Shown here: piece by piece, positions 20,912 to 33,104 of the stretch
Numbering within the stretch: position 1 is the stretch's first letter
Layout: every line of letters begins with the position of its first letter
NCBI GenBank assembly: GCA_043228905.1
Contig: JBHGNT010000262.1
Coordinates: 1 to 43,568, forward strand
Length of the DNA stretch: 43,568 bases
DNA from: Azolla caroliniana
Taxonomy: Eukaryota > Plantae > Polypodiophyta
Direction: 5' to 3'
Notes under the pieces: model-generated
What the model saw: the letters and a program-made list of their open reading frames with translations, nothing else
The model's database searches: none
Told to the model about the DNA's origin: nothing
Translations under genes and position numbers: made by a program

Positions 20912-21188
20912 TGTCGAATACATGTGTATAATGGACGTATTCACACTATCCCGTTTTGGCCATTTATGTAATTAGCATAAAGGGTAGTTGCCCTAAGTCG
21001 GTCACTATATATAGTGACCTTGTAACCTTTTTGTAAGGTTGGCTATTGTATTGTTGCTTTATGAAATAAAGAGTCTTTTGTGTCTCTCTCTCTCTCTCTC
21101 AGTGCAACGACCTAGAAACTGTCATACGCAGGTACAACAATCATCGAATGCTTCTTGATCTTCCGCACTGACGACCTCGTCCCCAACA
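20912..21188 (+). repeat. 3' LTR of the intact copia
   Basis: Direct repeat of 15760-16036. Confidence 0.98.
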
Positions 21189-21855
21189 CAGCGGCCTCCC
21201 CATAATAATCGAGGTCCACAAAAATCGGGCAATAATCAACAAAATCCGGATAACAGACGACAAGACCCCCCACGTCCAGATCATCAACGACTACCTCCCC
21301 ACATCGAGCCTTGGGAAGACCCCCACCAGACACAACAATATGCATCGCCGGCTAGAGAGGAAAATTCCTGACCGTATCAACCATCTCAATTCAAGCAACA
21401 GGAGTCGAGAAACTTGGCGTCGGTAATGTGCTTTAACTGTAAATCAACTAGGGCATTATGCTACAGAGTGTTCGGCAAAGGACCCGCAATCAATATCATT
21501 ATGGACGAAGTCCAACTAGTCACGACACGAAGCAAGACCCAGCACGCGTAGTGGAAGTCCATCAGGCCGCAAAGCAATGGATCAAGAAAGCTGATAACAC
21601 AAATGTCGACCACATGCAGACCGAGATGCAAGATATCACTGTCGGCACGTCGGCCTCCTCACAACCGACCGGATCGCTAGACAACGACACCATTTGGCAG
21701 GCACTCACTAGCTGCTAGATATCCACACCCTTAAATAAGTTCATGCACCTTCTTCCACGATTCAAGGACACAATGGCATCCTTAACTACCGGCAAAGCGC
21801 AGACAACTATGCCTGTGCACCTTGTCGAGCGGATGGACGGTCCACCACTAATGGA

Positions 21856-21983
21856 TTCTCACCGGGTTTGCACCATCCGGCTCTCCGTAGCCGGGTACTC
21901 CTCATCCGGTTCCGGCCTCGGCTGAGTTTGCTTATCAGCACTGTTCTTATCCCTTCCCATCCGGAGGGACCTATCTCCCAACA
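21856..21983 (-). repeat. 128-bp U3-end fragment of the same LTR family as the 9655 solo LTR, inverted
   Basis: Reverse complement reads TGTTGGGAGATAGGTCCCTCCGGATGGGAAGGGA..., followed by one 54-bp repeat unit. Confidence 0.9.
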
Positions 21984-22852
21984 CCCTTAACTATGATGTT
22001 TCAACAATGTTGGGATTCTGGTTGTATGTCTGAAGCTTGGAAGCTTGGTCTAAGAAAATTAGTTCTGAAGGTGGCATCTCCCAAGTCATTTCATCAATGG
22101 TGACCTATTTCTTTGATGGGGGGGTTGTATAAGATATTTACAAAGGTGTTGGCAAATAGATTACAAAAGTATTTGCCAAAGTTGATACGTCCTGACCAAT
22201 ATGGTTTTATTGTAGGTAGGAATATATTGCATAATGAATGAATGTTCAAATGAACACGGATTATGCACGAAACACTCATCAAGAATTGATTATGGTGCAA
22301 TTAGATTTGGAGAGAGCTTATGATCATGTTAATTGGTCCTTTGTTTCTGGGTTAATGCATACAATGGTCTTTGGATCATGTATGTCTCGCCTCGTATTTT
22401 TATTAGGATGCAATGTTTCGAGTAATGCTTAATGAGGGAGTTACTTCAAATATTGCACTCACGAGATCTGTTTGTCAAGGATGCCCACTTAGCCCATTGT
22501 TGTTTGCTATTGTTACTCATCCCTTGTTAGTGATGTTCTCAAGGCTTGCAACAAATGGTGACAGTGTGAGTCTACACCGTCTAGAGGGCAACTAGTAGCA
22601 CAAGCTTTGGTAGATGATTCTTTCATGTTTCTACAAGCCTCACAAGAGAATCTTGAGAAGGGGATTCTTGTATGGTACCAATTTCTATTCGCTTTCGGAT
22701 TACATATTAATTGGAGGAAGTCTAGTCTCATATCATGTATTTATACTTAGAGATTTTGAATGTTTAGGAAGGCAAGGATCAATGGTTAAAAAGGCTCTAT
22801 TTTTCGACACTTGGGCTATCCATTGTGAATGAATGTTACAAATGGTCGATTG
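21984..22852 (+). mobile_element. Decayed L1-clade LINE ORF2, RT part (5' piece)
   Basis: W*PISLMGGLYKIFTKVLANRL..DQYGFIVGRNI, QLDLERAYDHVNWSF, QGCPLSPLLF, LVDDS. Confidence 0.9.
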
Positions 22853-23533
22853 TGTTGGGAGGAGTCGATTGTTCAGGATAACCAACAGTCAAAGACAAGG
22901 AGCAGCCGACTAGTCAGATGTGAGCCGACAGTCGAAGAGTCGAAAACAAATGATCCAAGTCGAAGACAAGACCAACTAGTCGGTTCAACTGGACAATCGA
23001 CACTGGAGTCGGCTAGTCGAATTGACTACTCGACTAGTTGGCTGATTAACTATTATTGTTATTTACTATAATAATAGGAATGTAGTAGTAGTGGTGACAT
23101 TTGTAAATAGCCCACATAGCGTATAAGTATAAATACACTTAGGGAAAACATATTAATGTCAAGAATAATAAATGTAGAATAGAATCGTTGTGTGTGATCC
23201 TCTATTGTTGAGAGTGTGACAGAGTAGAGAGAGTGTGTGAGCGAGGAAGAGAGAGCGGCACCATAGCCGAGTGAGGTTTAACGCCAAGAGCCCTGTGAGG
23301 CCGTTACACTCTGTAGTGAGAGAGTGTTGTAATCTCATCATCTTGTTACTTGTATATCCATTGTATAGTGAAGATCTATTCTCCCATGGTTTTTCCCCGT
23401 TTAGGGTTTCCACGTAAAACTGTGTATTTGTTGTGTTTCTATCTTTCTGCGATATTGTCAATTACACAGTCAATCTTTCTCACGAATAGAAGAGAACGAA
23501 TCTCTACAAACTGGTATCAGAACTTGGTGGAAG

Positions 23534-26500
23534 ATGGAAGGAGGTGTAAGCGACTTCCCAAGCATGATAGTTCTAAACTCTCAAAATTATGCAGACTGGA
23601 AGATAAAGATGGAAGACCTTCTCATAGTCAAAGACCTGTACAAGCCAATTGATAGAGCAAAAATACCCACGGGGGTATTAGAGTCAGCATGGAAACTTCT
23701 CAACAGAAAGGCGGTGGCCACATTCCGATAATGCGTCGATGTAAGTGTCCTTCAGCATGTGGTGAACAACACAAATGCCTATGAGATGTGGTAGAAGATG
23801 TCAGGCTAATATGAGAGGAAGAACACCCTCAACAAAACATCTTTGATGAGAAAGATTGTGAAGCTGAAATACAGGGACAGGGAAAGCATAGTCGAGCACG
23901 TCAGAACATTCATGGGGTATGTGAACCAACTTGAGGCAATTAAGTTTCCGCTTGAAGATGCTATGCAGGCCATCCTACTATTGTGCACCTTGCCGGACAA
24001 CTGGGAGAATCTAGTGGTGACTCTCAACACCTCGTGTTAGGAAGAGAACTTGTCTCTACAAGCCATAAAGACAATCATCTTGAACGAGGAGACTAGAAGG
24101 AAGGACAAGGGTGTCGTGGTCCATTCGGAGTCAAATTTGACTCAACATACCGGCAGAGGAAGGAAACGGCAAAGGAGTCCACCAAGGAGAGAAAAGTTCC
24201 ATGCCAAATCCAAGTCTAGAGGTAAGCTAACACGCTTCTATTGTAGAAAGCTTGGACACTTTCAAAAGGATTGTCGACACCTCAAGAAGGACAAGAGTGT
24301 CGGCAATAATGTTGAACCCAGGAAGTTTCCTGATGGAAAGGGCACATCAGTTGTAGCTACGAGTGCAGAGGAGATTTTGTTCATTTGTGAGCAGGCAAGC
24401 ACAAATCTTGCAAGTGAAGAGTGCACCTGGGTAATCAATTCGGGTGCATCATTCCACATAACTCCATTGAGAGAGTGTTTTTCGACTTACATAGCTGGGG
24501 ATCATGGTTATGTAAAGATGGGAGATCATGGAGAGTGCAAGATAGCTGGCATTGGAAACGTGTGCCTGACGACGTCTGTTGAGTGATGTTCAGGGAAGTT
24601 CGACATATCCCCGATATCAGATTAAATCTAATATCGATTGGATGATTGGATGACGAAGGCTACAGTGGTAGCTTCTGAAACAGCAAGTGGAAGTTCTACC
24701 ATGGAAACCTCATAGTGGCACGAGCACAGAAAGAGGATACATTGTACATGATGCATGCCCGAATGTGCAAGTCAGAAGTAAATGTGGCAGCCGACTCGAG
24801 TTGAGAGTTATGGCATAAGAGACTCGACCACATGAGTGAAAAAGGAATGTACATCCTGGCCGACCAGGAACTTCTCCCAGAAGTGAAAGGAGTACACTTG
24901 GAGAAGTGTGTTGACTGCTTAGTCGGAAAGCAGAACAAGAAAACATTCCACACAACACCACCGAGAAGAAGAGAAGTTGCACTGGAACTAGTACACACGG
25001 ATGTGTGCTATGTAGATGCTCCATCGCATCGAGGTGGACAACACTTCGTAACGTTTATTGACGACTATAGTCGGAAGACATGGGCCTTCGTGTTGAAGAC
25101 GAAGGATCAAGTATTTTCAATGTTCAAGGAGTTCCAGGCAAGAACAAAATGGGAGTCGGGTCGGAAGTTGAAGGTTGTCTGAATACTACAAGGCCCAGGG
25201 TATTTGAATCGAATACACTGTTCAGAAGACCCTGGAGTTGAACGGGCTTGCAGAGACTCGGATGAATTGAACAATCATGGAGAGAGTTAGGAGTATGCTC
25301 TCTCATGCTAAACTGCCAAAAACTTGTATTGGGTTGAGGCGATGTACACGGTTGTTTATATGATCAACAGGTCTCCCTCGGTACCATTGAAAGGTGATGT
25401 CCCACAGAGGGCATGGACAGGAAAAGGTGTCTCCTACCAACACCTGAGGGTGTTCGGATGCTTAGTGTATATGCATGTGGCTAAGGACCAGAAGTCAAAG
25501 CTCGACAGTAAGTCAAAACCATGCATATTCATGGGATACTCGGAGGACGAGTTTGGCTACAGGCTATGGGACTTAGTCGATAAGAAAGTAGTGAGGAGCC
25601 GGGATGTAGTCTTCTTGGAAGACAAGACAATAGAGGATTGGAAGCAACAGAAGTTTGATCGACTACTCAGTCAACCCCTACTACTACTGACTTAAGGCCA
25701 AGTGAACCGACACAATCGGCTGTTTGGAGATAGGCAATTGGCACAATCAAATCTGAGTCAATGAACTCGCCACCACCTACAAATATAGATGAGTCAGAGT
25801 CGGCAGACCTATTGAAGTCGATTGAGGACTACGAGTCAAAATCAGCTAACTCCCAATGATTGATTGACACATATGAATCTGAGCCAAGAAAAGAGTCGGC
25901 AAAGACATCTGAATTGGAGCTAACAATGAGTGGAAGGAGATACCCACTCAGAGAAAGGAAAGCATCGACGACATATGCCAGTCAATACATCCTCTTGACT
26001 GATGAAAGTGAACTTGAGTGTTATATAGAAGCCATTGCCGACAAGCACAAGGAGAAATGGCAGAGTGCAATGCAAGACGAGATGGACTCCTTGCATGACA
26101 ACTACACCTATGACCTGGTAGAGCTACCAAAAGGTAAGAGAGCACTCAGAAATAAGTGGGTCTATACGGTGAAGACTGGAGAAGTCACCAGTGCACCCAG
26201 ATATAAAGCCTGCATTGTGATGAAAAGGTTTCCACAAAAAAATATTCCACTAGTCGTAAAGATGACATCCATCTGAACTGTTCTGAGCATTGCTGCGAGC
26301 ATGAATTTGGAGATTAAATAGTTGGATGTCAAGACAACATTCTTGCAAGGGGAGCTAGATGAAGAGATCTACATGCAACAACCCAAAGGCTTTGTGGAGA
26401 AAGGGAAAGAGAACCTGGTGTGTCAATTGAAAAAAAGCTTCTATGGGTTGAAACAACCTCCACGCCAATGGTACAAGAAGTTTGAATCCTTCATGATGGA

Positions 26501-27560
26501 ACATCGGTTCCATAAAACACAAGTTGATCACTGTGTGTTCATCAAAAGCTACAATGAAGGTGACTTCCTAATTCTCTTGTTATATGTGGATGACATGTTG
26601 ATAGTCGGACAAGACACAAAGAGGATCGTGAGCTTGAAGAAAGCATTAGGAAAATCGTTTGCCATGAAAGATCTTGGATGGGTAAATCATATCTTAGAGA
26701 AGCACATAGTTCGAGATAGAATGAAGAAAGTGTTATGGTTTTCACAAGAGAAATACGTGACGAAGATCCTAGAACGATTCAACATGTCGAAGTCAAAGCC
26801 AGTCGGCTCTGTGTTGCCAATCAACTGCAAGTTGAATGCCAAGGAATACACGAGAGGGGACAAAGAAAAGGTTGAGATGAGGAAAGTACCATATGCCTCA
26901 GCCATTGGTAGTTTAATGTATGATATGGTTTGTACGAGACCAGACATAGCATTTGTTGTGGGGGTAGTAAGCTGATATATGAGTAATCCAGGTAGAGAAC
27001 ACTAGGCAGCAGTGAAATAGATACTCATGTACTTGAAAGGCACCTCGGGTGTGTGTCTTAGGTATGGTGTCGGAAAACCCATGCTCGAAGGGTTTACCGA
27101 CTCGGAAATTTTGGGGGATACAGACACAAGTCGATCCACTTTGGGGTATGTGATGACCTATGCAGGGGGAGTAGTGTCGTGGCAGTCACGACTGGAGAAG
27201 TCTGTGGCCCTGTCGACCACAGAGGCAAAGTACATGGCAGTGGTAGAGGCCGGCAAAGAGCTAATCTAGATGATAAATTTTCTCAATGAGTTGGGGATGA
27301 GGCAAAGGGAGTTCTTGCTTCATTGTGACATCCAAAGTGCCATACATCTAACAAAGAATGCTACGTACCACTCCCGAACCAAGCACATACAAAGATGGTA
27401 TCACTGGTTGCGGGAGAAAGTGGAAGAAGAAGAGTTTACCCTTGTGAAGATCCATATTGATGAAAATGGATCCGACATGTTGACAAAGAACCTACCGATA
27501 GACAGACTCAGAGTCTGTCAATAGAGGACAAGACTAATAGACTCCTCGCCACAAGAGTGA
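23534..27560 (+). pseudogene. Copia gag-pol pseudogene
   Basis: NYADWKIKMEDLL, YCRKLGHFQKDC, WVINSGAS, HTDVCYV, FGYRLWD, LDVKTTFLQG, YVDDML, STTEAKY. Many stops, plus small internal deletions near 25180 and 26240. Confidence 0.93.
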
Positions 27561-27722
27561 AGGGGAAGTTTGTTGGGAATATGTCCCTCCAATGGGTGAG
27601 GGACAGATATGCACGGAAACATATGTGATGACCTGTCGGTTATGCTTAGCAAACAACACAAAAGGAGGGCAAGAAGATATAGACACACGGATGAAGCTTT
27701 AATGGAAGCTCTCTTTATTTAT

Positions 27723-27724
<2 letters not shown>

Positions 27725-27810
<86 letters not shown>
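27725..27810. repeat. (TC)43 microsatellite at the left LINE junction
   Basis: Read directly; explains the SLSL/RERE pseudo-ORFs. Confidence 0.97.
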
Positions 27811-27811
<1 letters not shown>

Positions 27812-30800
27812 AGCTCGAGCTCGAGCTCGAGCTCGGAAGAGCTCACATGTTTCCCACATGGAGGAGGGGAAAGCACAATTGATTTTCTAATAGGACGCCT
27901 TGAAGCTACCCACATGATTAACTCCTTCCGGGTGGCCCCATGCCCTATTGGCGTAGACCATAGTTTCTTATACTTCGAGCTAAAATGTGATATCTCTAAG
28001 GTCACCAACTCTAGTCAACCACGTCATCACACCACAATACATTTCACACATGAGCTCTCTGACATATACTCTCAACATGTTCAGGCCCATCTCTCCTCCC
28101 TTGATCCCTCCCTACCTTTAGAAAGCCTTAGTACAAAACTCACACACATCCTTCACTCCGCATTAACTAGTAGTTTCCCATATACAAAACACTCAAATCA
28201 AGGTAGATCCGGATCTATGCCACAAAATAAATGGTATGATGAGGATTGTAGGGACTTACATAGACAACTTACAGTATCACAACTCAATGGTAGTATTACC
28301 TCCATACAAGCTCGCAAAGAAATGCGCAAGATGACACGTCGTAAGAGACGGGCGTGGGAGGCATCCGAATATTGGGAACTCTACCATATTGCACCACGGC
28401 ATGGAAGAGACTACGGGAGCCAAGACCACAAACACCCATTGAAGATCTTGAAACCTGGCACACATATATAGAGAGACTTTACCAAATCCCAAACCAACCA
28501 CCCATTCCAATGTCTTCCACACCCCGACCTACCACGGGGACACTTTTCACGACCTCTAGGGTCGCGAAGGTCATAAAGAAATTACAACATAGGAAGTCCA
28601 TGGACCACACAGGATTGCGAGCAAAACACATTATATATGCGAGAGAGTGCCTAGCTCCCTTGCTAACTCTAATCTTGAATCATGCCCTTGCGGAGGGTTT
28701 TCCACCATAGTGGACTATGAGCACAGTGGCCCCCATACATAAAGGGGGGAACCCCATGGACCCAAATACATATAGGACCATTATGATAGGTCACACCCTT
28801 GATAAATTATATGGTGCAGTAATGGAAGAAGAGCTTAGCGATTATATGGAGACCCTAAATCTCCGTGCACCTAAACAAGCTGGCTTTAGACGAGCCTTCT
28901 CCACCATTGATCATATCTTCACACTTAGATGCTTAATTGACCAAACTAAGGCTCACAAGAAGAAATTATATTGTTGTTTTGTGGACTTCCACAAGGCCTT
29001 TGACACAGTCCCTAGAGAGCGGTTGTTTGATAGGCTTAAAAGCTTGAGGATACCATATGACATGGTCTGGGCGATCTATACACTATATGAACAAGTGTCC
29101 GAGTGTGTCCGATGCTAGGTAGCCTATCCAATTGTTTCACTAGCACTATTGGTGTAAAATAAGGTGGCCCCCTATCACCGACACTTTTTGGGATCTACAT
29201 TGATGAGATCACAGATTTTATTGCTCGGAAGGGAGGCAACGGAGTAGTCCTTGGGGATACGCAGGTTCGTATCTTGCTCTATGCGGATGACATAGTTTTG
29301 CTCTCTGAATCCGAACACGACCTACAAAGGCACCTTAATGCCTTAGATGACTTTTGTGCACAACGAGGATTGGTAGTGAATCTAGGGAAAACTAAAGTCC
29401 TTATCTTCCACACATCAGCCCAAGTTAGAGCTAAGTGTCACCTAACTATCTCCCATAGCCCAATTGAGGTGGTTGGATCATACATCTATCTCGGGGTCAC
29501 TTTCAGTGCTCGCTCAAGTAAATTTTCAATGACACAGGAAGCGAAGGATAGACTTACGAGAGGATAGGCATCCCTCTCACTCCTAGAGAGACAATGCCAC
29601 CAAGCATACTTTCAAGAGCCACGGACTAAAGGGTGGCTCTTTGACTCATTAGTGGCCCCCTCCCTCATGTATGCATCAGCGGTTTGGGCTCCAGGATTAC
29701 CATCTTTCATGTGGACACAATTAGAGAGACCATTGGTGATGATGTTATCACGCCAACTCCGAAGCAAATCGACAGTACCACATGACATTATTAGGGCTGA
29801 GTTCACGTTACCCCCAATGTTAGTAGAGGCACTTTTCCAACTTGTAGTCTTTCTTCATAGGATACATAGCCAACCACATGATAGAATATCTCATCAAGCC
29901 TTTAAGGCCTCTCGATCATTGTATGAGTCCGGCTATACTAGCTCATGGTATGGCATGATGGTGAGTTGGCTTCTTGTGAATGGTCTAGACATTAATAACC
30001 TACCTCCCCTTAGGTACAACCACACGATTGATAACACTTTAATATCTCATGAGGACCGCAATAAAGTAATACGCCAAGACATATGGCAAATTTACACTCG
30101 GTATAAATGGATCACCCCACGAGAGCCACTCCCATCTAAAATGTTGTACTATAAGGAACACTTCATGCACTTCTCTGAGTTAGGTTTTATCACGCGACCA
30201 AAATATCTAGATGTATTCTTACCACATGCACTAAGGGTTGCCATTGGACAACTTAGAATATCATCTCACCAACTTGAGATTGAGAATGGCCGTACTAATG
30301 GAGTTCCTAGGGAGGAAAGGATATGTAGGTTATGTCACATAGAGATAGAGGATGAGTAACACTTTACATGCAAGTGCCCAATCTACGCCAAGATAAGGGC
30401 AAAATACCAAGACATACTTGGTTCCTCTCCCACCCTCCCCAAACTATTAGATACTCTAGATATAAAGAAATTAGGCAAATACATTCTAGAGCTAAAACAA
30501 CACAGAGAGAATAAATTACAAAATGTTGACAATAATGTTGCTAATGTTCACCAACATGTAACAAATGAAGTTTTTTAGGAACAGGGGGAGCCAACAAATG
30601 TCGACACACTTGCACCACTCGGCCTTTCCCTTGATGAGGCAGAAAACCAAAGAAGAACCAAACATCCTCGGGTGCTGGGTTTCAAAGCAACTCGACGTGG
30701 TGTGGAAGCAATCATGAAAATAAGGGAACATGAGCTACACCGCCTAGAAGCCATGGCTAGGGCACTCTCTACATTGGAACCATGGGTCACACCCACATCA

Positions 30801-31050
30801 AAACCCTTTGGCCCCCCACTTCTTTTCGAGAGGCTTGGGTGGAAATAAAATTAGGATTAGTGTAAAGTCACTTCATTTATCGAGTATACCACGTATTGTA
30901 CACTACTAGAACTCTTTTAGCTTAAGTTCTATGTTTACTTTATTTTAGTTATGATGACTAGATAAATACTCATTTTGTTGTAAACCAATTGTCTCATGGG
31001 CCAAATTTGGCCTTAGAAGACGTTAATATATCTTTCTTTCTTTCTTTCTT

Positions 31051-31054
<4 letters not shown>
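27811..31054 (+). mobile_element. 5'-truncated non-LTR retrotransposon, RTEX-like (APE remnant, RT, C-terminal zinc finger, (TCTT)n tail)
   Basis: APE tail ELTCFPHGGGESTIDF..VDH. RT QAGFRRAFSTIDH, FVDFHKAFDTV and YADD. C-terminal LRISSHQLEIENGR..ERICRLCHIEIEDE*HFTCKCP. The last frame continues through two stops to TAA 30848. (TCTT)6 tail at 31031-31054. The RT assignment is secure; the clade name is inferred. Confidence 0.85.

Positions 31055-31091
<37 letters not shown>
31055..31091. repeat. (CT)n microsatellite at the right LINE junction
   Basis: Read directly. Confidence 0.95.
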
Positions 31092-31093
<2 letters not shown>

Positions 31094-31884
31094 AGACTCG
31101 ATGTACCAGATGATCAAGTGCTCTCTCTTTACAATGTTAGGTTATCGCTTATATACTAAACCCTAACTCTTAAGACGAGTTCACACTAGGATACAAAGTG
31201 GAAGGAGTCGGCCTTTTATGCAAACAATGGGAGGAGTCGATTGTTCAACATAACTAATAGTCAAAGACAGGGTGCAACCGACTAGACGGATGCGAGCCAA
31301 CAGTTGAAGAGTCGAAAATAGATGATCCAAGTCGAAGACAAGATCGACTAGTCAAGCCGACTGGACAGTCGACACTGGAGTCAGCTAGTCGAATCGACTA
31401 CTCGACTAGTCGGCTGATTAACTATTACTGTTATTTAGTATAATAATAGGAATGATAATAGTAGTGGATACATTTGTAAATAGCCCACATAGTGTATAAG
31501 TATAAATACACTTAGGGCAAACATATTAGTGTAGAGAACAATAAATGTAGAATAGAATCGTTGTGTGTGATCCTCTATTGTTGAGAGTGCGACAGAGAAG
31601 AGAGTGTGTGTGAGCAAGAAAGAGAGAGCGGCGCCATAGCCGAGTGAGGTTTGACACAGAGAGCCCTGAGGGGCTATTACACTTTATAGTGCGAGAGTGT
31701 TGTAATCTCGTTATTTTGTATATCCATTGTATAGTGAAGATATGTTCTCCCGTGGTTTTTCCCCCATTTAGGGTTTCCATGTCAAACTGTGCATTATGTG
31801 TATTTGTTGTGTTTCTGTCTTTCTGCGATATTGTCAATTACACAGTTGGTCTTTCTCACGAATAGAAGAGAACGAATCTCTACA

Positions 31885-33100
31885 AATTGATTGAATGGAT
31901 GTCTAGTAAGTTAAGGGATAAGTTCATGTATTGGAAGTCACAATCTTCAGGCCATTTCATGTACGCTTAAAGGTTGTACAATGTATTTTGGAACCCATGA
32001 TATTATATTACTTGTCATTGTTGTCGTGGAGAAAGAAGGCTTTGCATTCTGTTTTGCAACCTCTTCGATATTTCTTGTGGAAGAAGAGGGATAAGATGGG
32101 AATCACATGGGTTGCATGGAATTCTGCAGCAACCCCAATTGGACTTATCTATTCATATGATGGCTCATAGATTTTTATTATTACAAGACATGCATTCAAA
32201 CTCACAACCATGGATATCTATTGTTCAATATTTCATTGAGAACAAGAGTTTAACACATGGGAAGACAACGATTAAGGCTTCATGGTGACAATTACTGAAT
32301 GGATGTATTTCACTTAAGATTCTAGGCTCTTCATTTGTTCAACACTTGGTTAACTCATGGCAAGAAACCCTCTTGTTATGTCTATGGAAACCATCACGTA
32401 GTAGACATCATTGTAATTCTTTGCATAAAGAGTTACTTATGTCTTCTCAGATATTATATTGTCTAGGAAAGGAGAGATTGCACTCTCAATTTAATCGTTT
32501 GTTTCATTTGGGGGTCAAAGAGGTGGGAGATATAGTTGAGGCTCCATCTCAAATAATTTTGGAGTTTTTCGAATCGCGACAATTATTACGCATCCCACTT
32601 AATTATGGGTTTATTTGGCAACAACTACAAAATATTGCATTAATGCAAGGTCCTTTTCCTCTACAAACAAGAGAACAATCGTGGATTGATTGGTGTTTAT
32701 GGTGTTAGATGTCGTTGTTATAAGTGACTACTAATCTTTTGTATCATTGCTCTGTTGAGTCTCTTGGATGGCTATCATCTAAGTTTGAAGAAGAATGGAA
32801 ACTACACAAATATGATCATGGGTAGTGGTAGATCTTAAAACATAGTTGGCATTCTAAATTGCCACTTGTAGCAAAGGTCTTCATTTGGAGATTTTTTATT
32901 GGAGGATTGCCTCTAGGATTAGCTCTAAAGCGTCGTGGACTAACAACAGGTAATTACTTCTTTTGTGTTGTTCAAATGGAAGATAGTGCTCATCGTTTTA
33001 TACAATGTCCAATTGTTTGTCAGATTGGGAGTTACATTTCTCAAATTTGGCAAGTTTTATCACAATGTTATTTAACGCCTAGACAATGAGTGTTTGCACA
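31885..33100 (+). mobile_element. Decayed L1-clade LINE ORF2, 3' piece with zf-RVT-like region
   Basis: Continues the 22852 piece; ITWVAWN, AKVFIWRFFIGGLP..CVVQMEDSAHRFIQCP. Confidence 0.85.
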
Positions 33101-33104
33101 ATTT

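Larger units (their letters stand above)
15760..21188 (+). mobile_element. Intact, very young Ty1/copia LTR retrotransposon (5429 bp)
   Basis: 277-bp LTRs at 15760-16036 and 20912-21188 with no difference found by eye; TSD CAGCG (15755-15759 and 21189-21193); Met PBS; PPT; one uninterrupted gag-pol ORF. Confidence 0.98.
8430..21855 (+). mobile_element. Old non-chromovirus Ty3/gypsy element (5' LTR plus gag), split by nested insertions and 3'-truncated
   Basis: LTR TGTTA(8430)...TAACA(8956); PBS-like TGGCAAGCCCGGT at 8962-8974. Gag YTDGLDAESHIHSF...DTFLVGLREPL (to 9654) resumes as RMTLALTDFS at 15183 once the insert is removed. Decayed CCHC knuckles near 15345-15450 and 21425-21470. Host pieces are 8430-9654, 15183-15759 and 21194-21855. 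Confidence 0.8.
22853..31884 (+). mobile_element. Decayed full-length Ty1/copia (Tnt1/Tork-like) inserted in the L1
   Basis: 5' LTR at 22853-23508; PBS TGGTATCAGAAC at 23512-23523; PPT GAGTGAAGGGGAAG before 27571; 3' LTR at 27571-31884 interrupted by a LINE. Near-TSD GATTG/AATTG. The L1 frame NGRL|IEWMSSKL rejoins across the insertion. Confidence 0.92.

Noticed and set aside
9655-21983. Inverted ~70-130 bp ends suggesting a 12-kb TIR DNA transposon
   Set aside because: Flanks CTCTG and CCCTT are not a TSD, the left end already pairs with 15177 through TSD CTCTG, both ends are TG-starting LTR termini, and no transposase is present.
27609-28008. ORFs with SLSL or RERE runs (also 9919-10116)
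   Set aside because: These are translations of (CT)n/(GA)n microsatellites.
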